Source: Ptychomitrium polyphyllum (lineage: Eukaryota). Taken from it: 64,000 nt of DNA. The notes below the pieces were generated by a model. It worked only from the letters and a program-made list of their open reading frames with translations, did not search any database and had not been told where the DNA came from. Below, in pieces: positions 53,100 to 64,000 of the stretch. The stretch is from contig OZ316775.1 of NCBI GenBank assembly GCA_973851085.1, positions 7,006,001 to 7,070,000 on the forward strand, given 5' to 3'. Made by a program: the position numbers and the translations under genes. Numbering within the stretch: the stretch's first letter is position 1; every line of letters starts with the position of its first letter.

Positions 53100-56000
53100 G
53101 TTTTGGAAGCGACTTACTATAATCAACCAACATTCATAAGGAAAACATACATCAACAACATTGTTATAGACGATAGCGAAGGTGGAAGGCAATATGTGCA
53201 AAATGTTTGAAGATTTTGAAGGATAATATGCCAACAACTTTCTTGTTTGATTAAAGAAACAAGTATCATCTTAAAAAATGACTACAAATTGTACAATCAT
53301 ACACTATAGCTTTAAAACACTAACATTCTTGTGACTCTTCCATCAATTTGTGACTTTAAACCTACAACTATTTCCAATATGGCCTTGCATTTTCTTCCTT
53401 CCTTAAAAAACATCTAAAGCAACAATTGCCCATTGCTATTGTTGTAGGAATTGAGTCAGTAATTCCCCTTAAATTGAAGTAGGTCAGTAATTGGCACCAT
53501 TGAAGATTAAGTTAGATGTAGAATCTAGATTTGGACTTAGGCAATAAATTTGAATTCTAATTCAATGTATATAAAGAGGAGCCAACTTTAAAATGGCATA
53601 TCTTCTTCAATTGTTACTAGTTTGTAAGAGTTTTCTTTTTCTTTTTACATTTCCATTTACTAATAGATTTTTTGCATCATCTTCAAGTCTTTTTTTTTGT
53701 TGAATTGATTTTAAGTATGAGTTAGAATGTAGATAAGATTTGAAAATGACCATTGAGGATTACTAAGCATACAATGGTTAAAACCATTGTTTTATACTAT
53801 TAAGTGTTATTCAGCCCTGTAAGTGAGTAACACAGTAACTAATTAGCAAGACAATTCTTAAAGGAATAATTTTGCATACTTAGTAATGGCTGCAATGCAT
53901 ACGTTTGCATGGAAAATGGAATCAACTACCATGACCTTATAGAAGTGATTATGACAACTCAATACTCCCATTCTACAAACAATATAGATAATATGGTGAA
54001 CATTTAATAAGGATCAATATAAAAAATTTAAGACTACAAAGTACTACAAATATTAAGAAAAACAACCTTTTTCTAAATTCCGTGGAGATTGGAAGAAATA
54101 TCTCTCTTGGTGATGTCATATATTTTAAAAACATTAAATCTACTACATTTTCTAGCACCTTCTTTGATATTGGTGTCTTTTGATGTCTTTAGGATATAAT
54201 TGTCAATTTGTGCAATTAAATGGAAGATTAATGTTATATACTTGTAACCTAATACATACAATTAAGATTGTTGTTTTTGAATGTTTTGGAATTTTTATAT
54301 TCAAAAAGTTTTTAAATGTCTAGACATCCTTCTGAATGTAGCGTTAAAGGAACGTCTAGGTGTGAAATGTAGAAAAACATTGTTCCAAATATTTTCTTGT
54401 AAATTGCTCATTGCATCACTCAATTACCTAACTTAGCAATACATAACAATTTAAAACATTGGTTTTTGCCACTATATATTCAAAAATCTTTGAAACTAAG
54501 TCTTATATCTTGAGTAGATTTTGACTCACATTTATTATCAGTTTCACCAGTGAAAATATTCAAAGATGATGCAAAAAAATTCTATTAGCAATAGAATGTA
54601 AAAAAGAAATTTAGTAACTTGCATCAAAGAGCCAACAAATAAAAATTGCATGTTATCTCTTGAACAATTCTTATTTATATACACTATATTAAATCTAGTT
54701 ATAAATTTTATGGCTAACTTAATCCTAATTGTCGCCAATTACCAATCCGCTTTAGTTTAAGAAGTGTAGCCAACCTAAATTATCAATTCGAAATTGATAT
54801 TTTAACAACCACTTAGGGCAATTGCTTGCCTTCACATGGTGACTTTATGGCATACATGCGGTTGTTGATTATAAAGAACTAGGTTTTGTAATGTGCTTTA
54901 TGAGTTGAGTCCCATTGATTATGTTGCCAAATAGACCCTTAAAACCCTATCTCTTTTGGTAGACTCCAATATCTTTTTCATTAAAATTTTATTATTAATA
55001 ATTTCTTCTTCATTTTGTAGTTTTTATTAAAAAAATTTAAAAAAATTAGTTTCTTTAATTTTTTCTTGTGGAGATGATGAAAATTTGCAAACCCCTGGAA
55101 GCAAGCTATGTAAAATCTGTGCAGTTTTACCACAGGGTTCACGCTCTGCAAAGCCCCTACTTAGCCGCTCTCTTGTAATTTAAAGTCACACAGTTTCATT
55201 CAGACAATATATGGGTTCTCATCTCTTGTGAGGTGGGCCTTGTGTCCATTTTCTCCATTCCAGGTATGCAATGAGCCACATTTTGTGTTTCCATCATTGG
55301 TTGCTTTTGTCATAAAAAATGTAGTCTGTACGAAGACTACTCTCATAGCCTCTGTGTATCACATGGACTATGGATATCAGAGTGCTTAGTAGAGGAACCT
55401 CTTCAAAATTAGCCTGAACTTTTTCCTGTATAGTCCAATGTTGTATGTATCTCACATTTGCTGTTATGATATTTAATCTCTATATGAGTCCTTCACTCTC
55501 ATAAACTTAGAGTATGAACTAAGCCTTGGGACGATGTCTTGAATTATTGAATGCAAGGAACATTCAAAGTTCACCTGTATGCATAGCAAAAATGAGAATA
55601 GGGATTGCTAGCCTAACCATCAAGCTCATGGCAACATTCAAGTGTTTTGAGAGCCATTGATGAAGTAATCATTTGCCAGAAGAATTTCATCTGACCACAC
55701 AATCACCTTGTTATGAGTTTGGTGTGGAATGTGGATGATTTGATTTGACACTTCTCCCAGCCTTTGTTTCCCTGCACCTTCTTGTGGTTTTGAATTCCCC
55801 AATCAAGTGGGAATAATCAAGTTGGAAAAAGGATTAAAGTATCAGCCCACAAAAGCATGAACTACACTCTGCTTGCAACTACCAAGCTCTGCAACACACA
55901 AATCTTTTGCTACCATTGAGGTCAATTACAAAGTCACTGATGCTAGATAGAGCGCTGGAGATCAGTTTTTCTTCTATGGCATAAAACGAAGTTCACAGTG

Positions 56001-59000
56001 CGATATTGTCCTCTTCATAACATGTACACATATAAATTACACATCATTTTCTGAACCTAAAGCTTATATCTCAAAAGAGTAAAAAATTTAAAATTTAAAC
56101 ACTTTGCCTTCACCTTTGTGAACAGAAGATAGTGCTGATGAAAACCAGAAAAACTCTTCATGTTCCTATACCACATTGGAGGGAATCCGTTCATGTAAAA
56201 GAGCCGATATGTACTAAAAAAACAGTAAGCAATCATTGAAGCAACTTGTATCTATATATGATATTCAGTTGAAATATAATATTCAAACAAAATTTATCCT
56301 TCCCATCCAAAACATACTCATCTATTGATATAATTCACAACTCTATAAACCACCAATCACCAAGATTATTCTATACACAATGTTATATTAAATCTCCCAA
56401 ATTATTATGCTAATAAGATTACTTTGATATCATCAAGAGGTTCTCAACAAGGAAAGGTGCGCATTGGTGGTTTCACAAGTTTTAAAAGTCTTATATAGCA
56501 AATGCAAACTTTTTAAGAATTTTCACTTTTTAAATTTATATAAAAAAGAATAGTAGATTTTTCCACAAATTTGCACCATAAAGCAATCATCATAGTAGTT
56601 GGGCCAATAATACAAGGCATGCCAATACTAATGGATATAAAGGCGGCATGAAGTAAGAAGTGGTTGTTCCAAACGTAAAGGTGGTGATTGCATTTGTCTC
56701 AAATGATATACATTCAAGAAGTGTTGGGAAAGAGTTTTTTTGCCATAGAAAACATTAAAGCACCTTTAACCGCTTTTGTCTTTATGGCTTAGGTGAACTG
56801 TCTAATAAGAATAGCCACTTCATTCACACTAATATTTCTAACGGCTAAAATTATTTTTCTCTGTGAGCACTTTTTAAAAGAATATAAGTCTTTGAAGAGT
56901 ATCCCTCTCAATCCAATACTTATAATATGAATATTGTGATTAAGCAAATATCCAACAGTCATAATCATTTGTAAAACATAGAGAGAACACTATCCCTTAG
57001 ATTTGGATGTTATATGTAAGCAAGAAATATTTAATTTGGAAGTATGATATAAGAGAATGTTTTACAATATAAAATAATACATATGTACATTTTAGATATG
57101 TTCCCTAGTATTTCTCAATTGTTTTTAAAGCATACTACATCACTTCTAAAAAATATATAACTTTCTCTACAATAAACAAATAAGTCCTTATTTTCATTCC
57201 ACATATCTTTTTAAAGTTTTGACACTAGACTTTTTGTACTATTACATCCACAATTATATATATAGAATTGACACCACTTGATTGATCTCATTTTTCGACA
57301 GAGGTTCTTGCACAAGAAAATATAATGGTCAATGAATTTCAATATTACAAATCATTTAATACTATCCATATAATTGGATGTTTTCCACTTATTAATTATA
57401 CACATGTCATATCTAATTGTGGCATATTTCATCTTGAATGCAACCACAATTTAATAAAACAACCATTTAATTTTTTTGTAAAGTTAGAATTTGCAACAAA
57501 TCTTTTATCACACATGCATGGAATAAAACATAGCTGTCAAGGATATATCCTTTGAATGTAAAAATGCCACACACAAAATCATTGGTGTGTATATTGATTA
57601 AGTTGCTTGAAACATGCTCTACGGAATTTTACAAAGCATATGTCAAGTTTATTCATTGTTTTATACAATTGAATCATATAATATATGATTTTCTCAAATT
57701 GCATCTTTTTCTTTTCTTTTCTTGTGAACATGCTTTTCTTAAAGGTGATGGAAATATTAAATGAATGATTGGAAATATTCATATCAATTCTATGTAAATA
57801 TAAAAATTATACATTGGTAGAATATACAATTTCTTTTTTTTTTGCCTCAATATTTTGCTTAATATGTGTATATTTTATAATCTTGTAATAATACACATTT
57901 AGATTTTGAACATCACTATTTATTATGGTATACATTTAAGTATCATCTAAAATAATATGAAAATTTTAAAGTTGGAATTTTTATTCAAATGTTCATTGTT
58001 TTTTGTAATAATAATTGGTATCAAAGATTAAACCACAAAATATAATTTTATACTATCAATGATATGTATTCAATTAAATCAAACAAAAATTATGTAATTT
58101 TCATGGAATCTTTCTTCACTATTATCTACATAATTATCTTTACAACTAATTACAAATCCATTATTCTCAATCTAGTAAGCTACAATAGTTATAATCAGAG
58201 CTGGTTATAAAGCATAGGTTTCTATGTGATTGTATCAAAATATTTCTAACTTTGTCAACCAAAATTCTTAAGGAAGAGGGACAATATCCAAATGTATCTT
58301 CCTCCTATAAGGATAATATACAACAATTGATGCAAATCTTTACAAAAAATACAAAAATAAAGGAATCTAGGAATACTACTTTAGTACTTTACTATAATCC
58401 ATTATCACAATCAAGCAATCAAACAAGACAGAGGAAGCTTTGAGTGGGTGTCTTTTTAAACATGAATAGAAGAGTTGTACTTTTAAAAACATGCATTCAA
58501 AAAATTGTATTTGATTGATTTCAAGGATTTAACCTTGAGATTGTTGTGCATTGCTTTTAGAAAAGATCAAAAGATTAAATTCCAAGATGTAAAAGAAACA
58601 AAAGCAGCAAAGATTAGGCTACTTCTATGTTGAAGAAAAATAGGTGATGTAGGACCTTATTGTTTTTGGTATTTTGATTCTTCAAATTTAAATCCGTTTG
58701 GTCAAATGAAGGAACAACTTTGATCATTTTAAATGATTTAAACATTTTATGCCGCTACCATTCAAAGCTTTATATTAAATATTTAACATGTAAGTATTTA
58801 GTATTTTATTGAATAAAAGATCTAGCTTATAAAATGTAGGTTAAAGATTTAATACGGAATTTTTCTAAACTTTTATTACTTTCCAGATTTTTCTAGAAAT
58901 AAAATTTTGCTATCAACTATTGATGTTTATTCTATCTTAAAGGCAATTTTATAAATAATTAATTGAATTTTGGAATTTGTCAAAAATTTAATAAATTTGT

Positions 59001-61700
59001 TTTTTATTTTCCAAAAACTTATAAAATTTCCTATTTTATAATTCTATAGTTTCAAATTCCAAAATCCATAAACAAAAAATATTTTAGCATTCCAAAAGAT
59101 CTCACAAGATGTTCAAAGTGCTTAAACTTTGAAGAGAAATCATTTTGACACTAAGTATTTGAAGCCGCCTTCTTCATAGAATGGATGATTGTTGAGCTTG
59201 AAAGGAAACAAAGGTTAACAAAGTTTTATTAAATTTCTTTTATTATTGTTTTATAACAATTTTGCCTACACATGATCTCAAATTATTCTTGAAATACAAA
59301 ATCAATACAAAACTTTAATAACTCTATATTCATAATCTTAAAATTTTGAATTGTGGTTTGTCATGTGACATGACATCAAGTGCCAAGTTATATTGAATGA
59401 ATGTAGTATAGTTTAGTTTATAAAAAAATTCATCCATTTAGTGTAAATTTCATGTTAGTTGGTTTTAGTGCCAATTAAGATTAAAAGAAGGTGTTAAGTG
59501 GAGAAACTCCCTTGGCTTGGCATTCTTTTGCCAAGTTGAATCTTGTAATTGTAGTTTGAAAGACCTTGTTAGGGCTTGCTTGAAGATGGTGGTGCAACTT
59601 TTTAATAAAGCTTTGAATTTCTTCTTACACTTGCAGCCTTAAATTCTCTCTTTGTAAAGTGAAAAATAGCTTAATTCAAATGTTGTGATTCCTTTTGTAT
59701 TTACTACATGAAAGTGTGTTTGTGATGTTTTTTATTTGGTTTTATAAATTGCAAATTCAAAAAGCAATTGTGGTACTTGATTTGTTGTATATGGCAATCT
59801 TTATTTACGCAATAAGATGAATTTTGGGCATACCAATATATAATTGAGGATATAAAATGTATTTTTTTTTAGTATAAAAATTATTGTATTTTTGTTTAAA
59901 CAATCAATAATTATATACTTGCAAACTTCATTTTTGTAATGGAATATGAATTAGGTTCATATTTTTTTAATTTATATTGTAGGCTTTTATATACATAAGA
60001 TGGTGAACATCATGAAGAAGTTTATAAAAAAATTAAAAATAGTTGTTTTTAAGTTGCCTGTTTGAATCTCTGCATTGTCCGCTTGGGAGGTGAATCCAAT
60101 ATTCTTACATTTTGTCATGTAAATGCACAAAAATGATGTCATTCAAAATATCAATGTACAAAGTATACATACAATAAGAAATCTATTATTCAATGGAAAA
60201 TAGATATGCATGTAGCCATTTAAAAATATTGAGGAATGTCATTGTATAGCAAGGATTAAAACCATTGATATTCAAGCCTACACAATGGATGATATTAGGA
60301 TGATAAACTAAAAAATTTATTAGACACTAGAAATTCATTAGATATTAGAAGTCTACAAAGAAATGTGGAGTTGTGATCTTAATAATCATATGATGGTGGA
60401 TTTAAACACAATAACTACATTGGCTAATGAAGCCTATGTTGTTTAATTAGCTACCTATGTGTTGCATTCATGGGATGAAAGAGTATCTTATGTTTTTTTA
60501 ATTGCAAATCAAAAAAGAAGTATTATACATATGAAAAATGATTTCATTTCACTTAAACAAATAGTCTTATGTTTATATTCCATATTCATCATGTTGATTT
60601 CTTCCACCTACACATGTTTTTACATCTTTTGTATTATATTATATGTGTGTGTTTACAAAAGAGTCATTAAAATTTACACTTTTTAAAAATTATTGATGTT
60701 TGCACTTAAAAAAATTTACACAAAGAGATGTATCAAATGTGGTCACAAATATGCAAAATCTAAAACACAAACATTTATAGTGTGCCTCATGATTATCTAT
60801 CCATCACACATTAAAAGGCGTCTTGTTATCAACATCTTGTTTAAAATTATTGTTTCACTTGAACATGGAGGCCAACTTAAGAATGGCTAAACAATCACTT
60901 TCTTATAGTTTGTCTTTTTTATTCTGGACATGTATTTCCTAAACTTGGTCCTAGAAATCTTATTTATATACACGTATACATGTATATGAATACAAAAGTG
61001 ATCCAAATTAAGGCATTCAAATATTATTCGTGTTTCTTTTGGAGGGTTGGTGTGGATTGAGAAGAGAAGATGATTACATAAAGACTAAATAAGACAGTGT
61101 CACTTCATTATAAATAAAGTGTGAAATGTGGAAATTTTACTTTATATATTGTTTACTGCAAAGAATCTTTAGATTTCTATTTCTTGAAACCAAGGGGTTG
61201 AAATAAGCATAATCACATGGTCATGGTACTAAAACTTGTGGCATTGATATGTATGCATTTCATTTTGAGCAAAACTTTTGTTTGAAATTTAGAATGATAC
61301 ATGTGTGGTGTGCATTTTTCTTTGCATATGTGCTCTTGTAAGTAGCTACGTCTACCAAAAATTTGATATTTGATGAGAGAATATGGTTTGAGTGGTGTCA
61401 AATTCAAAAAAGTCGGTGGATAAATGTCTATGAAGGGATATGATTGAGCAAGCAATTCAATGAATCCAAATTGGAATAGGGAATTGATAGCAAGCTCCTT
61501 GTGGGGAGAAAGAAAAAAGATGAAAAAAGAATTCAACCATTATATTGTGGGGGTGGTGGTGATAGAGGTAGTGGCAGAGGTTTCTTTTGAGAATGTTCTC
61601 AACCAATTATTGGAGTAGGTGGAGACCTTGCTATGCACTAAGTTAAAGTTCCACATTTCCTTGCAAGAAAGGAAGAGGAAGAATAACAAGAAAGAAGATG
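53100..61700. other. Long AT-rich intergenic block, probably decayed repeat/TE-derived sequence
   Basis: Very AT-rich, with only short low-complexity ORFs and no identifiable intact TE. Confidence 0.4.
55080..55920 (-). pseudogene. Unidentified decayed coding remnant
   Basis: GC-richer island whose minus-strand frames read as protein broken by scattered stops (e.g. NVRYIQHWTIQEKVQANFEEVPLLSTLISIVHVIHRGYESSLRTDYIFYDKSNQ*WKHKMWLIAYLEWRKW). Acceptor-like ttttgctatgcatacag at ~55575. Confidence 0.35.
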
Positions 61701-62927
61701 GAAATGATGCAGGAGCAAAGTCTTCACAAACTAAAAAGAGAAGCCGTGGTATTGTAGAATGATGACAGTCTCAAGATCTCTAGTGTTTGCCAAGTACACA
61801 ATTTTAACACTGGGGAAGCAAATAGCCATCTCCCATTCTAGCACTCCTGGGTCGCCTCCTAATTAGGGTGACTGACCCACTCCAGGAAGTTAAGCTACTC
61901 CTGGACGTTCAAGCCCAATGGGAGCACGAGGGGGCCCTCTCCTCTCTGCATAGGATTAGAGGGGAGGAAAGGTACTGTAGTAGTCTCCAGCAAGGCTCTG
62001 AGGAGCCCCAGTGACTTCCGCGCGGGGAGTCCGGGGACCGTGCAAGGGGACTCACTGGCATTGGCAGGGCGACCAAGGCGCCCGGCGAGATCCTGAGAGA
62101 TTAGAATAGAGGTCCGGCGAGACCCGTGGCGCACACAGCTCAGAGGCGAGGATCGTGGTGGCAGCGCCCCGTCCGGTGGTCGGTCGGGGCGGAGTGGGTC
62201 TGGCCGGGGAACCCTAGCGATGCCAGGGCGGGGAGGGTCAGGGAGGGGAGGGAAGGGGGCCAGAGTCCGTTCTGTTGGTTCGCCATCAGAGCTTGCTTTG
62301 CTTCTGTAAGGAGCGCGGGTTGTTTTTCCATCATCATTCAACAGATACTCTACCAACTCACACACCATCTCCTTCCCTCCGCCATCGCCCTGTGAATGCC
62401 GACGCCCGCCCTGTGAATTTCTCGGCGTGTTGTGTCTCCCTCCCCCCCCCTTCTGCTCCCTCTCTTCTCCCTCCTCTCTGTTCCATCCTTCCCTCTCCCT
62501 CCTCTCCCTCCCCCCTCTCCCCGGAACGTTGCGAAGACGTGATCGTTAGGGTTTGCTCAGGTGGACGCTGCTCAGGGAACCCCGCGCCACGCACACGCAA
62601 CCGCGACCGCAACTGGTCTGTGTTGCGCTATTGGATGTATTGAGAGCAAGCGCGCGCGCCCGTTTTCATTGGCAGGTCAATTTTGACACCGGAGGTGGTG
62701 GTGCTGCGGGGCCGCGCGCAGATAAGGGTTTTTTGCCGGTCGCGCGCAGCGGAGGCGCGGGGTTTGGCTCGGGTGAAATGCGTGGGAGAGAATTGGTGAG
62801 AGAATTGGTGTAGGATAGGGCAGGCCGGAGGTGGTCGGTCCGTGACGGAGGGCGGTAGGTCGTCGTCGCAGGCGGATCGGCAGATCCTTTTCAAAGAAGC
62901 GCAAGGGAGGGACGAAAGCTCTCATAT

Positions 62928-63160
62928 ATGTCCCATTACCAAGGCAAGGGAGACCGGACTGACGCACAGCTGAAAAAGGCTGGGAGGGCGGGCGGTGGTC
63001 CTGGACATTCGCGAGGCGGGGGCGGTCAATCGATTCCCGTGAAGGGCGCAGGGCCCGCGCCCTTCAGCAGCGCCCCTTCTGGTGCGGGGCCGCCCCAGCC
63101 GTCTCCCTCTGCTGCGTCCGCAGCTCGCCCCACTGCTGTGGCCGCTTCCACCAACCGCAG
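62928..63160 (+). CDS. eIF4G: Eukaryotic translation initiation factor 4G, first coding exon (gene continues beyond the window)
   Basis: MSHYQGKGDRTDAQLKKAGR..KGAGPAP..STNR resembles the plant eIF4G N-terminus as recalled (MSYNQSRPDRSETQYRRTGR..KGAG..SSNRSFKK). Strong donor AG/gtaagc at 63161. Pyrimidine-rich leader and telo-box-like ttagggttt (~62546) upstream. Confidence 0.72.
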
Positions 63161-64000
63161 GTAAGCTCTTTGCATGCACCCGATTGCCTTTGGTGTCGGG
63201 TTTCGCACTCACGCCTTCGTTCGAGTCGTTGCGGTGCTCTGCAATCGGGATAATTGCCGACGACTCCAATCCTTGCCTCAGAGCGTTCGTGACGTGTTCC
63301 TCCAATCATGGTTTCTTCGAAATTATTAGGGTTCCGTCTCTGGAGCTAGTGGTGTGTAAGACATTGGAACTTGTTTGTTGAGAACCTTCTGGTGCCTGGG
63401 AGTCAGGGAGGTCCTTCCGCTCGCTCTCCGTCAATGCTATTTCGTCGTTGGGGATAGGGTTCCACCCTTTTCCTGGGCGACCGTTTTAGTGGAGTATCGT
63501 TCTCGTACCTCCAGGAGGGGGAAGTAACAGTCGAGCAGTTGACGGATGCATGAGTGTCGAGTTAGGGTGTGCGCATCAGTGAAGAGGGCTGCCGTTTTAT
63601 GTTCATTAGGAAGCGCTGCTCTGGTCCCCCCCTCCCCCGGTCCTGCGATGGTATCTGTTTCTAAACAGGTAGCGCCACGGCTGACCTAGATGAGGGGCGA
63701 TTAGACCCGTGAGTTGTCCCGTGCCCTCATTGCGCGGTTAGAGTTGTGATGAAGGCAAGCTTTGAGGACTCATGAGCTATGGATGAGTGCGCTGCCGCTT
63801 TGAAAAGCATCACCATGAGCGTGAACTAGCGGTGGCTCGATGAGCGTTCAGTTAAGCAGCGGCATTTTACAATTTGGTATGGAAGTGCTTATGGTTGGCT
63901 TTGCACTTGGACGTCTCTGCCTCGATTCCTTGTGTTTCCAGCGTCGCGTTGGTAGTGTTTAAGCTGGGAATTGCTGGGATGCGGATGCAAAGGCGAGTGA

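Noticed and set aside
61200..61750. Transposase-like remnant
   Set aside because: The frame is protein-like with stops, but I could not identify any diagnostic DDE, zinc-finger or terminal-repeat feature.
61895..63381. Numerous overlapping GC-rich ORFs near the right edge
   Set aside because: Artefacts of the GC-rich promoter and leader. Only 62928-63160 has recognisable homology and a good splice donor.

Overview
Eukaryotic nuclear DNA from a land plant. The gene architecture and composition look moss/bryophyte-like, but that is inference. The window holds four complete spliced protein-coding genes: separase/ESP1 (- strand, 5 exons, about 2,414 aa), a HEAT-repeat protein 6-like gene (- strand, >20 exons), a GxSxG alpha/beta-hydrolase (+ strand, 2 exons) and the N-degron E3 ligase PRT6/UBR1-like (+ strand, about 19 exons). 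It also holds a disabled LCM-family SAM-methyltransferase fragment (~52.3-52.9 kb) and the first coding exon of eIF4G at the right edge. AT-rich, decayed intergenic blocks lie at ~1.6-3.4, 29.5-34.1 and 53-61.7 kb and contain short tandem repeats and at least one unidentified decayed coding remnant. The most interesting unexplained signals, all hypotheses, are: a Met-Cys uORF just upstream of PRT6; a structured candidate poison exon in PRT6 intron 5; two G:U-rich pre-miRNA-like hairpins (~3.9 kb and ~51.1 kb); and an unusually intron-poor separase. No rRNA, tRNA, CRISPR array or intact transposon was recognised.
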